A stretch of DNA of 60,121 nucleotides, filler included, from Sphacelaria rigidula (lineage: Eukaryota), in assembly GCA_964200075.2 (NCBI GenBank). It is 2 parts of 2 records of this genome, joined end to end, with 100 filler letters (N's around TTAATTAATTAA, not from the genome) between each part and the next. Parts side by side here need not be neighbours in the genome. Positions count along the whole stretch, not along the records: positions 30,124 to 60,121 come from CAXNAA020000070.1; 1 more part is not named here. The stretch is one strand, 5' to 3'. Both the position numbers and the translations under genes were made by a program. The notes under the pieces were generated by a model. It was not told the origin of the DNA. It worked only from the letters and a program-made list of their open reading frames with translations, and made no database searches. Shown one piece after another: positions 33,601 to 46,400 of the stretch (within the stretch, counting starts at the first letter, position 1; each line of letters opens with the position of its first letter).

Positions 33601-36600
33601 GATGAATGTGATGAACTTGATGAATGAATAGGAGCCAACCCTGGGAGGCATATTGGCGGCCCAAGCCAGCGTGTTCGTGGGTCCACAAGATACTATCGCG
33701 GATGCAGGGAAGGCCATCGCCAGGAGCAAGAAAGCGGTGCGTACATCGTGTTGCTGGATGCTCGTGTGTGAATGCTCGCGTTTCGAAGCTCGCGCGTCCT
33801 CTAGAAATGTCACTACCCAGATATGACTGCAGAATTCTTGGTCCTGTGTAGCCAGCGACATGCAGTAGTGACAACGATCTTGGCAATATTTTGCTGTTCA
33901 AATTGTGTATGCAATACCGGATATGTGCTTTTAGTTTCGGTGGTGTTGTCAGTATATCTAGATGTGTGGAGGTCATTCTCCAGGGGAGATACGCTTACGT
34001 GACAACACTGGCCCAGAATACGGCAGTGCCCGCTCTGCGTGTGGGCTCCGCTCCCTTCTCTGGCCTTCACGACTTTTTACTCGCGGGTCGAGCTACACAA
34101 ACTCTGTACACGTTCCGTGTTGTCTATATATTTGTTGTGCATGTTGTGTATGTTCTAACCCTAACCCTAACCCTAACCCTAACCCTCTTGACAGGTCCTT
34201 GTCGTTACGCGCGGACGGCTGGTGGGCATAGTGACACCAAAGGACGTACTGATGCGCGTGGTGGCTAAGGGATTGGACCCCGGGAGCACTACAGTGTCAA
34301 ATATCATGACCCCTAATCCAGACGCGGTGCCTCCGGACATGACGGTGGTGGACGCGCTGAAGGAGGTGTGAATTTAGTCGTAATTTTGCGAGCACTGCTG
34401 ATGTTACGGAAATTCTTCGTAGAGTCGATTTTGTCGGAGTGGCCAATGACCGTAGCCAACCCTAACCCTGTTCACACGTGCTTCTCTCTTGAGTACGTAA
34501 CGACTCGTGATTCATTAATTGATTGACTCGTGCATATCTGTCGCTACGATGGGACCTAGTATGATATGCACACGGCAGCCTTTTTGACTGCTGTAGAAAT
34601 GACTGGCGTCCCACGGCGTGTCCGCGTGTTGCGTCACGTTGATTGACAATGACTTTATCGTAATGACCCGTGTAGATGCACGAGAACAAGTACTTGCATC
34701 TGCCAGTCGTGGACGAGGACAGCGGAGAGGTTATCGGGGTGGTGAACGTGATGGAGATCATCCAGGCCACCGCGGGAGATAAGGGCAGCGAGAGGTGAGT
34801 TTCTGGTTTTGTTGTTGAGTAGAATCGAGCTAAATATGCCCCATCCTCGCTCAAGTACGAAGCTGTTGGAGTGTGTGCCACGAATATGATGAGCTCATGT
34901 CACTTTGATGCACTCACCGAATCTGACATTCTTCGTATCAAACTTGTCGAACCTTACCCTCGACACCTGTCGCAGTGCCGGCGGATAAGTGTGTTTGGTA
35001 CTCCACTGTCTTTGTTGCTGTGGTCGTTGATGGTGATGGGGTCGATCACGTTTGATGTGGATTGTTGCAGATGGGAGGCCTTCTTTGGGTCGGCGATGGA
35101 AGCAGGCGATGACGTGTCCGACTCCGCTTCGATGTACAGTATGGACAAGAGCGTGAGATCCATGCGATCTGTACGGCGGGGTAGTGTCGGCAGGACTCCA
35201 GGAATGAGCGCGGCAGCTCCTTCTGTTTCCGGCTCCGTCATGACGCGGAAGGAAAAAGAAAAGCCCCCGAAAAGGAACGACAAGCCTGTCTCTAGTCTCC
35301 GGCTCAAGCGTCCCATCATCATGTCGTGCGACGGGTAAGAGATAACGGAGTGACTACGATTAGCCCCAACCCCGACCCTACACGAGTTTCCACATTACAG
35401 ACCGATGCTGTGCGGTTTTTTAACGAGAATATGTGAGTGACAACTGCATGTTCGGAGCTACTGCGGGATGTACTTCCTAGGCAATTAATTGTAGGGGTGA
35501 GCTGGTGAGTCTGCACGCTTCACGAGCTACATGCAGCTTATGAGGAAATCGATCTAGAGGGTGTGGTGCCAAGCCTGCCAAGCCCGACGACTGGGGTCCG
35601 TGAGGCGTGATCCCAACACAATTGCTAACCTGGCGAGAGAAAATCTCACGCAAGACGCGATGGCTGCTGACGAAACAGTGTGTGCTGCTGAATGACAGGT
35701 CGGTGTTGGATGTTGCCATGGAGATGGCCCTGAAGAGGACTGATGCTGCTCTCCTCACGCGGAGAGGCGCCCTCGCAGGCATCGTTACTGATCACGACCT
35801 TACGAGGTCAGTGCCATCCTTACTCTATGTAGTACAAGTCCCACACTACTAGAGAGTGCTGAGTACTACAGGGCCGCGGTGCACCGTAAAAGATAATTGA
35901 TCAAGTGGTGGGAGTGATTTGCGGAAATAAGTTCGGGAATATCGGAGTCCTGGATCGTGGATAAGTTCGTGGGTGGTTCAGTTCAGTAGCCCTCGCGTCT
36001 TGTACGATGGTCCCGCTGCTTGAACTCGTCCTTCAGACATGAAGAAAAAAGATGGTGGGATATGCGTCAGGTGAAAGGGGGGTATTCCAACCGAAGAATC
36101 CATCATACCAGCCATCCTCGTCGTGTTTGCAATATATATATATATATATATTCTTCTGTTGACACGCCGAAACCATGTTGGCTACTTTGATGGCTTTTTT
36201 TTGTTGTCTTTATCAGGCGCGTGATCGCTCTAGACAAGGCACCGGACCGAACAGCCGTGCGCGAGGTGATGACACCTGACCCTGCCATGGTGAACATTGA
36301 TGAGAGTGCCATGGAGGCACTGGGTCTCATGCTCGACAACAAGACCAGACACCTTCCGGTTAGTGGTACTCGTACGCCCCATCCTGTTTTTTATAGTACA
36401 CTCAATTCCTCTCCCCCCGTCCTCACGACGGGTCCGCAGTCGCGAGGGATTAGCACTCATGAAGCCCCTTGATTTTTTTTTATTTTTTTCATCAAATCTT
36501 GTCGTCACGTTTTCGTAACATGGAAACCACATGAGAGACATAGATTTACGTAATTGTCGCTGATCCTTTCTCATGGACTGGTACCTGCCATCCTGCAAGC

Positions 36601-39600
36601 CTGAATTGAGAGCTCTGGTGCATGGACTGCAAGCAGTGGCCCGTACAGCCACGTGTTGAGTTGTGCAGATATTGAAAGCATATGTGATCACGTAGTGCAG
36701 GCACGGCAGTCGGTTCGAGGACATTCTCAAGTGTTGCTCTCGCGAATTACGACGCTGCCGTATATGGTGTATGTTCCCTCAACAGCACGGGGTATTGAAA
36801 CCTCTTGACAATAATGGATGAGAATTTTTCATGCTGTTACCTCGGATCGCTTTTGTCTGGGTTGATTTGTTCCTAATGTCGGCTTGATTCTCGACCGCAT
36901 TGCGTTTCCTGCAGGTGATGGATGGTTCCGGCAAGGTAAGAGGGCTGTTGGACATCGCGAAGTGCCTGTACGATGCTGTGCACCGCATGGAGAAACAGGC
37001 CATAAAGCAAGAGGAGGAAGATGAGGGTAGCGGAGATAACGCCGCTGTGCTCGGGGCAATGGTAGAGGCGGCCAAGGCCATGAAGGCCAAAGGCAAAACA
37101 GCCGCGAAGCATCATAAAGCGATCCAGGTGACAAGTTTGACCGTACTGTGTGTTCGTTTTTGGGTCACCTATCGCACTACCGCAACAACGTGCGGCGTTG
37201 TCGTGATTCAGTTAGCCGCTTTCTCATGGTGTTGGCAAATTTTACTCGATGACAATCATGATCTGAGCGAACTGCACGCTAATCTATTTGACCTATTTCC
37301 GGGTATGTGCAACAGGAACTGATGATGATGGCCATAAGCGGCGGGGGGGGCAGCCGAGAGGGTGCCAACAAGACATTGGAAGATGTGCTGCACAGCAAGG
37401 AGAAGCCGGAGTTCGTGAGACCCAGGCACACCGTGCGGGAGGCTGCGAGTGTGATAGATGCTCAAAAGAAGGCGGTGCTTGTTGTGGAGGAGGGCGAACT
37501 GGTGGGCATTTTTACCCCGAGAGATATGCTCAACAGGGTCATCGCTAAGGTGCGTATTTGCGAGAGAGGGTGCTGATTGGTGTATGTAGTGTGACCAGTG
37601 TCGGTATTTCTTGTCATGGGAACGTGTGGTCTTGGCGTATACACAGACCCTCAAAAGCAGACCGTTGTATTGTAGCCATGCTCCCCTGCGCCAGATGAGC
37701 GACAATGTTTTTTTTTGCGTTCACGCTCGTCTGCGCATTGATTCGTCATGTCTGTGATTCGGTGCGCCTTGGTTAACCATACGTTTCTCCCGCAGCCCTC
37801 GTTCGTGATGAGAGTAAAGGAATGTGTGTCATCTCCTGACGGTCACTACATTTGGGTACTGTCAGATGAAGCAAATCTTCTCCTACATTGCACGAAAACA
37901 ACGGCCGCATGGCGTACGATGTTGATTGCGTACTGCCGTTCCTTGCTGAAGCTCCGATGACGTACCCCGCGGCAATTCTGTACACAGTCTTCACGAACCC
38001 GATTCTCCTCCGATGTCCGTCGTCGGTTCCCTCTTCGATGAATGTTTTGCAGAAGCTGAGCCCCAGCACAACAGCGGTGTCGAGTGTCATGACTTCCAAC
38101 CCAGATGGTGGACCTCCGACCTTGACTGTGCTCGAGGCCTTGCAGCAGGTTTGCTCAGCGTTTACTCTTGTAGGACACTGGTTGATCCCTTGATACCACG
38201 ATCATCCCGATGATAAGGCGGGGGGAGTCGAAAGTGTACCGGAGGTGTACCGGAGGTGTACTGTGGGATACCGACAAAAAATATGAAGAAATTACGACAC
38301 TACTCGTTGTATTGGGCATGTAGCCGATTCACGTTGATGCTTGACGACTTCCCCGCGTTGGACTATGACGTCAGCAGCCTGGTGGTACATATACCTCCAG
38401 CCTTCACTGTGCATACGCCCTCCTGACGATTGTGGTCGATCACTGCTTTGGCTGTACCGTATTGGAATGCGCTCTTGATGTTCTACTTCGCTCGTGTATT
38501 CACTTTTTCACTCACGTTTGCCATGAACTTGCGTGCTGTGATTTCTCTTGTTCTGTACACTTCGGTCATATGCGCGCGGCAGATGTGCGACAACCGGTAT
38601 TTACATATGCCGGTGGTGGATGAGGACAGTGGAGAAGTCATGGGCGTCGTGGACGTGATGGAGATCATAGAGGCCATGGTCGGGCAAGAGGGCAGCGCCG
38701 GGTAAGCACGTCGAGCACCCCGTGTGTCTGCTCTTAAATGTCGTGTATTGCGTGCATTATCTGGTCGCTCTTGGCGCGGTGACCTTATATTGCTCCCGAG
38801 CCTATCGTATCATTCTCGGCACTGTCGTCCGGTATGTGCTTGAGCTTACGGTAGTGTAGGGTTCCTCAAGTCTTTTGTACGGCGTTATTTTTCCGCATGA
38901 TTGTGTCCTGATGCGACCGCACAAGGCTACAAGAGAATCCCACTGAAATAATATTGTTGTCCTTTAGTCCACACGTTTCAGCTCCCACCCTGCATGACTT
39001 GGCCGAAATTCTGCGTCGGGAATCCTCCAGCGCACGAAGGCCCCGTTATCCATCGCAAGTGTGTGCGGCCTTCTGTCGTGATTTGGTCAGTATCTCTTCG
39101 CCCACCCGGTCTCATCACACCCCCTTCGCCTCTCACACACACAAGCATTGGACTTACCGCAAAACATGGAACATGGATGTGTATCAAACCAGGTGGGAAG
39201 CTTTCTTCGGCTCAGCCATGGACGCAGACGATCGCTCCGACACCATGTCGCAGGGATCTCTCCGCTCCCAGCGATCACAATATTCTACAAACCGTCGACA
39301 CCAAACACCCTCGGCGAGCACCAAGTCCGCAGAAGGAAAAGGTGGCGCCCATCAGTTCGCCGTTCCCTTGCCTAGGGCGCCAACTAAGCCGAGCCAGGGT
39401 ATCGCGATTGTGGCCAGAGTGCCGGACATGGAGCCACCTCAGAGTCCGAATCGCGGGGATGGGATGTCGGAGATGTCTCGGGATGTCGGCGGGCTTGAGC
39501 TGGAGGAAGGCTGGGACGAGAAATTTGTCTACAAGGTTGTAGTTTGTTTTTTGGGGGGTGGGATCCGTTGTTGCGTGACATTGCTGGGTGCTCATTAGTT

Positions 39601-42117
39601 GTACAGGTCGGGCACATGTGTGCGGAGTTTGTGTGCAGAACATGCGTGCAACTGTGTGCTGGATTTGGGGGGGCGGCACGCGTGTTCTCTGTCCCGCCCC
39701 GAATGCTGCACGCATACTTATGTTGCACTATCGGTAGCGACTAGTCTGAGCTATCGAGTGTCTCATCAGCCCGCGCCCTGTCCAATTCGACGCGGTGTTT
39801 TTCTGTTATTTCCCGTGTCTACGTTTTCACGTGACTAATTCGTTTGTTTTTCAACTTTTGTTTTTTGGTGACAACACAGGTGAGTGACAGTGCCGGGCAC
39901 ACTCACAAGTTCAAGGCTTCGGCGGAGCGTCTGGATGGGGTGCTGCAGGCCGTGTCAGAGAAACTAAAGATGCCCAAGGACAACATTTTGCTCAAGTACT
40001 CTGACGACGATGGTGACCAGATCGTGCTGGGCGGGTGAGTCAGCATGTGCTCGAGGTTTTTTAGTCGTGCAAACTGGTTCCCCCAAGAGGTATTCAACCC
40101 ATTCACTAGAATTTTTGTCCGGGTTAACATTCGTTCTTCAGCTTGAAGAACTCCACACATGTCCGTACGGCGAGTGCAGAAGCGGAGGACGTTCGCTGAT
40201 TTTTTTTGCACCTTTGATTTCACGTAATTCGGATTGTGGATTATAGTGTGCCCTCTCCGATATACCCTCATGTTGGATAACTTGCGATTCAAGACTCGAA
40301 TCGATTACCTGTTTTGCTTCGTAAAGTCTTCGTTTTCACCGTGCCGAGCGCGTATGCAGAAGCTTTGGTGAAGATTCGAATGTTACCTGGGGCAAATGAA
40401 GGAATGGATGAAAATCAATCGGAGCCCATCCCGGTATTTACGTGCCATACTCCAACGCGTCGAATGTGATATTTCTGGAGCTGTGCCCATGAATTCTGGA
40501 GTCGAGAACAACGCCATGTTTTTCGTAATCGAAAGCTTGGCTTTGAGTGATCTTGGTACGTGAATATAATGCGACATCAGAGATGGAAACGTCCTTGGCG
40601 GCTAATGTGACCCACGTTAGTGTGACGTTTCCACACGTCGGGCGATCACGAGAATGACTCGTGGCACTCGCACTCGTTGGGCTGCTCGTCGGCCGTAAAA
40701 ATTGATTGAGCGAGCACTCGAGTCACTGCTCGTTGTGGAAACAAACTAATAGGGCGAGCACTCGAGTCATTGTTCGTTTAAAAAAAAACTAATGACTTGA
40801 ACACACGAGTCCTGCTCTTCGTGTTTCAAAAAACATACACGAGTGCACTCGTTTCGACGAGTAATGACTTGTCCAACTCCAAAAAAATAGCGGGCAAAAG
40901 TTTACAAATGTGGAGACGCTTTCTGTGATGACTAGTCTCGTGTTGCCGGGCAAAAGCAAGAAGCCAGTAAGACAAAGCTCAGGTAACCTCATTGTTGCTC
41001 AGGTTTATCCATCACATGCTACACCCGCAGTCTTGAAATTTCCATCTCAGATGCCTGTAAAATTTATGAGGTGAAGAACCAAAAGCTCACACGTGATGAA
41101 AAGGACCAAGATGGGAAGGCCTCATCACTTGAAACTGAGTACATATGTTGTACGCCAAATCTAATATTTAGACTAAATCTATTCGGAATGTGAGGTACAT
41201 GTACAATGAGAGGAAGATCGTGTTGTTCGCAACCGCGGAGGGTATTGGCATCATTTGGATGTACTCGGTTACCGCACGAGTTTTGGTTCCTGGAGCGTGG
41301 CTAGTTCGGAATATCAATGAAACGGCTGCATCATGGCTTGAGCAATGGTATTTGCTTCACTACGGAGCAGTACGTCGCGGTCCAGCTTGAGGCACGGCGC
41401 TGCGTACGTCCCGATCGCACAATGAAGTGTATGTTGCATGTCTTCAACGCCAATGCTCTTCCCTTTTCCTCTGGCTTTTGCGCAGAATGGGTGAAGGATT
41501 ATTGAAACTGTTGGACCCAGCTCGTCCTCCGCCACAAGTGATATTGAGCTTCGTCCGACAATAGCAGTGCAATCTTCTACGAAGCACATGGAATGCTGAT
41601 CGCTGATTACTGATTGCAAGGGATGAGTTTTTTCTGATGCCTGGTAGCTTTCTTTTTGCTGTCGTATTGGACACGCCTGTCGCGGGCTGTTCATGTTCCA
41701 CGTTCGTTATATATTTTTGTGGTTAGCGGATAGGCCATTTTTTGTCGCCTGTTCGCCAAACGCATTCCTTTGGCACTTCTTCGTTGTCTAAACAAACCAA
41801 TGACCACGTATTCATGATCATCAAGCCAGCGCGCACTCCTGTGTAATTCTTCTCCCATTTCTGCTGCCTGTAATACTTGAGACAGGGACGACAGCCTCCG
41901 CGAGGCCATCGACATGGCTAGGGGGTCGAGCGCACCAGCCCTCAAGCTCACCGCGTCCGCCAAACTGGCCACGCTACACGAAGGAGACGACAATTCTGTG
42001 TCCTCGTCTAAGACAGCTAAAGGAGCTACCTCGAACACTGCGCTGATCGGTGCGGGTGTTGTAGTGGTGGGGATCCTAGCAGTGGTGGGTGTGGTCTTAT
42101 CCAAGAAGAAGGGGTGA
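30697..42117 (+). CDS. 5'-truncated gene: tandem CBS-domain modules + PB1 + C-terminal transmembrane helix (CBS/PB1 protein; possible myosin-29 tail)
   Basis: Approximate exons 30697-30846, 32688-32783, 33632-33736, 34195-34365, 34676-34794, 35071-35334, 35699-35806, 36216-36358, 36915-37127, 37316-37549, 38053-38148, 38583-38701, 39193-39535, 39880-40034, 41886-42117. CBS motifs (GIVTPKDVLMRVVA, VMTPDP, KYLHLPVVD, GIVTDHDLTRRVIA), PB1 OPCA motif LKYSDDDGDQIVL..DDSL.EAID, tail ALIGAGVVVVGILAVVGVVLSKKKG-stop. Confidence 0.9.
31277..32375. mobile_element. TIR element of the CGAGCTGGGCCAG family (outer copy) with tRNA-like internal segment
   Basis: Left CGAGCTGGGTCAG (31277), right AATCACCGTCAGCTGGCCCAGCTGG-TA (ending 32377); interior homologous to the nested copy. 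Confidence 0.7.
31729..32226. mobile_element. Nested same-family TIR element, TA-flanked
   Basis: TA-CGAGCCGGGCCAG (31727) ... AATCACCATCAGCTGGCCTAGCTCG-TA (32228); interior repeats 31277-31610 (AGTGAAT.CCGCATT, GTTTTCCAAAT, TGTCGGGATTC.AACTC, GTGTCACAC). Confidence 0.8.
33008..33371. mobile_element. hAT-type MITE with 8-bp target-site duplication
   Basis: TIR TAGAGCTCGGAAATGGT / ACCATTTCCGAGCTTTA; flanked both sides by GTTGTGGT (33000-33007, 33372-33379); second copy at 52878-53191. Confidence 0.88.
33396..33434. repeat. (GATTC)n microsatellite
   Basis: About 7 tandem GATTC units. Confidence 0.9.
34155..34186 (+). repeat. Interstitial telomere-type (CCCTAA)n tract next to a splice acceptor
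   Basis: CTAACC x5 followed by CTCTTGACAG|GTC (exon start 34195). Confidence 0.9.
40650..40935. repeat. Cluster of CACTCG/CGAGT short motifs (probable MITE remnant)
   Basis: GCGAGCACTCGAGTCA.TG.TCGTT twice, AAACTAAT twice, multiple ATGACT and ACTCG/CGAGT motifs. Confidence 0.5.
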
Positions 42118-43489
42118 TTACGCCGGGACCTCGGAGAGGGACTGCCGTAGGTGGGGGGGGAGGGGGGCTCTCTTGATCCGTTGGGCACAAAGTAGTCGGC
42201 ATCTTGACGTGACAGCCCTCTCTTTGGCATAAATGAAAAGTGAACATGATGCCGACTTCATCGGTGGACACAGGTGTACCGATGTCGTGCTCAGGGTGTG
42301 CGAGGGGAGGGAGGATCAAGCAATGTTTAGGTGCGTGTGAAATACGTGTGAAATTTATCTAGATGATGAACTAGACGCCAGAGCCACAAAACTTGAGCAT
42401 TTGGGGGTCATGTGATTCCACGGGTGTGTAATCCATGCTGCCTTTGTTGTGTTTCTCGTGAGGGCATAAGTTTTGTCTGAGTCCAGCGTTTCTTGTCGGT
42501 GACTTTTTTCTCGGGTATGGTGAATTTCCTCTTTTATGCAGCTTAGGCCGAAAGGAACGGCACAACCTTTGCGAACTGTGTGGCAGTCACTTTAACGTGG
42601 CCTCCTGTTGCGATATTTTTCATGTAGGGGGCATTAGTAGTTTTGCGTCCAGTGTGCTCGTCGGGGTTACAGCTTGTCGTGAATGAGTACAGTTCAACGT
42701 TTTTGGTATCCCTAATTTTGCTTCTTCATAGGGTTGCTAGCTGCATGTACCCGCTTTTCCGACAGCGCCCTTTTCCGCCTCAATGCACTACGAATTCGCG
42801 TTTTTGATTTTCGTAGATTTGATTTCTCTTGTTTGTTTCTCATCTCGGCGCGTACCGCTTTGAAGGAAATTACAGTATCGTAGTATGGCTTGAGCGACAT
42901 ATTTCTGCGACGTCATACCTGGATAGACCACTTACAATAAATATTTTACACATCCCGGGGTGTTTGCGCTAATATACCATGTTTGACGTGTTTGTTGAAC
43001 CCGTTGTTTTAATACTTCTGTCGTGTGGACCTATCCCGCGGTCTGCAGTCTGCCACTTGTGCTGCTGGTAATCATCGACTGCGATATCCAATATCCAAGA
43101 TGTGTGCGCATGCGTGAGAGCAGGCTTTCGAGGAAAATAAAGGTTTCCAGGTGTTTGGTCACAGCAGTATGAACTCCCGTGCAGCACGTTGCAGTCCAGC
43201 TAACGCATGCCGTGTGGACTGGAGTAGTGTCATATGTTTTGGTCCCCTGTTCGAAGTGCGCAGTGTACAGCTTCGCGTTTTCCCGTAGCACTCTCCAGTA
43301 GCGTATTAGCTAGTTGAGGAAGACTCCATCTAGCTTCGGGGTGTGCCTCTCACTATGACATCCAGTGCCACCAGCAACACCTTGAGCTTCTTGTGGACTG
43401 GGGCTTGACCTGCACAGGATGGGACATGGGCAATCATTGAAGCGATAGCAGTTCTACCATCGCCTACACCTGGTACTTTTGAAGGTCTG

Positions 43490-46400
43490 CACAATTTGGC
43501 AACCAATGCGCGGTATTTGACATCGTCTTGTTCGTGTTCTCTGGAAGGTACGGTGGATTATCTACGGGGGGATGAAGCGCATCAACATCGTGTAGATTGC
43601 CAACTACCACAGCCAGTGCACGCTTAACGATTTCTTGGCGAGCTCCTTCCACAGGCGCACGCTTAGGCACGATAATGTTCGAGTCATCGACGTGGATATT
43701 GTCGACCAACGCGATTTTGATCGCGCCATTACATCGTCGCTTACGCCCCCCGTCCACCCCCAAAGCATGACGATCTCTGTCCTTGTCAGCTGTACGCTGT
43801 AAATGGTGTCCGTTGAACACGGTGAAAACTACGAGAGGACGCGTGAGTGTTGACCATGCATTCAAGCCACCCACCTTCCGAGGTGATTGCCATTCTCGTC
43901 AACACCTCAAGGAATGCTTGATAGCAAAGCCTCGGCCCCGTCACAGAGGAGGTCTGGGTGCTTTTTAGTCTTTCTGGTGCCACGCCTTTTCGCCGGGATC
44001 GTCGCCCACGACAAGCCCTGCGTCCGAATGGGCAGGGGGGGGGGGGGGTTAGACATGTAGTTATGGCAAGAGTTAACTGCGCAGCGATGCCTGATTCTGT
44101 GGACACGGGGATAAACATGCCAACGGATTTTCATCTATGGAGATGAAATTGTAATGACGGTATAATGTCTGCGTGAAATGTGAACGCTCAAAGCGCACAA
44201 GCAGAATGCTAACATTCAGAGCAGAGGCAAGGTATTCTTCGTTGTAGTTCTTCCGCGATCAGCAGCTACTGTAGATACGATGACACGAACAAGACCTATA
44301 CACCATACAGCAGCAATGAAAAATGAAGATGAAGCGTTCTAGCGAACCATAACAGCGAACATGTGAAACGCGCGTATAGGCTCACCTTACAAGCCGCTGC
44401 AGCTGCACGTCGTTATCATGCCCACCCCATAGTTCCGTGAGCACCGGGAAATCGCAAACGAAATTGCGGATACCCTCTCCGTCGATCCACCCTGCGGGTT
44501 CTCGACTAGCTTTACCAATCTCTTCAGAAGCACTCCCCCAGTTTCCGTCGGTGACGGATGCGATCTTCGTACGGTAGCGACAAAACAAAGCAATCAGCCC
44601 CCGGCGATATCTAAGAAAAGTTACAGTATGAGGTCCGAACACGCAGAGTACGAGTGTGTCATCAGCTATTAATAGTATTCCCTGCCATTGCGGTGGTGAA
44701 CTGTTAAGGCGGTTCCCGGCACAGAAGGAAATAAATTACATTTTCTCTCATTTCCCATACTATATATGCCGCAACTCCTCACTTCAGATATATAGATATC
44801 ACCCCGGGATCAAGCAGCTCTTCGAACAGTCCCGCGTGGCAATCCCCGGCCCTTTTCGTGCGAACTTCGCGTCCAACCCTCTTCGTTTCTAGTCCGAGTA
44901 CGAAGTTATTGTCGCCACTGCACGCACGGTTATCCTTCGTTCCAATAGTAGATCTCGCTTGCTCTCGGGGCGCGATCTGGTCGAGATCTCGTTGCCGTTT
45001 CAGAAAAGAATTGCTGTTGCTATCGCTAGACACAGATTTGTCAGCGATGACTACCGTAGTCTGGCAATGAGACGGCGGGTGCAAATTATTTCTGTTGCGA
45101 ACCGCTGTGGTGGGCGCTGCCTCCTCAAAGCGGCTTGCGCTCGGGGATTTTGTCTGGTCCATGACATCATTTCCCGTTTCAAGCCTTCTCCGTGTCTGTA
45201 AAATGACGATTTGGTCGTTGACAGCTTCGCGCTGGAAGCGGCTATCTGCAGTGCTCCCGGTCCCCGCCACACTCCGAAGACGTTGTTGTATGCGTGCCCT
45301 TCGAGATGAACTATCCTGATGAGGTAGAGTGGCGAGATCGGCCTCACTTGTACAGCTGATAACTCGGTCACCCGAAGGTGTGTAATCCAGTTTTGTGGGT
45401 TTTCCACTTGATCCGCCATCTGCAGCCTCGATGGCGCGGGATCTGCTTCGCACAGAGTAGGATAGGCCACCATGGCACGGTGCCGGAGATGCCGCCGAAT
45501 TTACAAGTCCGTGCTGAGGCACACATCGCCGTGCCCCAGCTGTCGGGGTGGAAGCCGTTTGCACGCTTGCAGGTTGCACCAACACGGTGCTGCTAACTAT
45601 GTGCCTCTTTTCAAATTCACACAAATCCCATCCAGTGCCGTTGGCGTCTGCAGTTGTGTCGATGGGCACTTGTCGTTGCCGCAGGATATTTTGTGGAAGC
45701 ACTTGGGATTTCGAGGTGCGAGGCAAAACGACATTGGGTATGCAATCAGGGGGTGTATACCGCTGGCGACCACCATTCGTCTCTCGGTATATCACTTCAC
45801 AGCCACGAGCCATCATAGCGCCCGCAGCAAACGCAAGAGATGCCGATTTGCCCGGCGCATCGAGGGACTCCTGGCCTTTGGCACTCGCTTGCTCTGCCGA
45901 ACCTACCGGTTCCCCGCACACGGTATGAGGTGCTACCGAAATGTCATTGTCCAGTTGGTGGTTTACTTCTTCCGTCGCATGTCGCCGCATTTGCCCGGAC
46001 ACTGTCGTCGTCGAATCGTCTGACGGCAGCATTGACGGAGGGAATGAAGTAGCTCCTGATGCTGCCCGATTGGAACGCTGAAACATTTCATGCATGTCAT
46101 TACTAGCGCTCTCTGGTGGTTGATCGCCGCCTTGTCGTACTACTGCCGCTCCACCAGTAGCTCCAACGGCACCTGAGGATGTCATGCATCGTATCCTGGG
46201 CGACGTCATTAACGCACCATAATACCGCTGTTAGTCAGAATCGCCAGCATGCGAGAGTCTTGCGTCCAGAAAGAAAGCGTTTGCTGTGCGGGAACCGGGC
46301 AAGCTTCGGGCAACAACCCAGCTAGGTTCCACCTGCACTTGTCGCATTGATTGCTGTTTTGCGGCAGGTTCGGCCGATTCTGGTTCTATACAACATTCCT

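Noticed and set aside
29163-42117. Phosphatase-CBS-PB1 fusion gene
   Set aside because: The two parts are separated by an assembly gap and both are incomplete.
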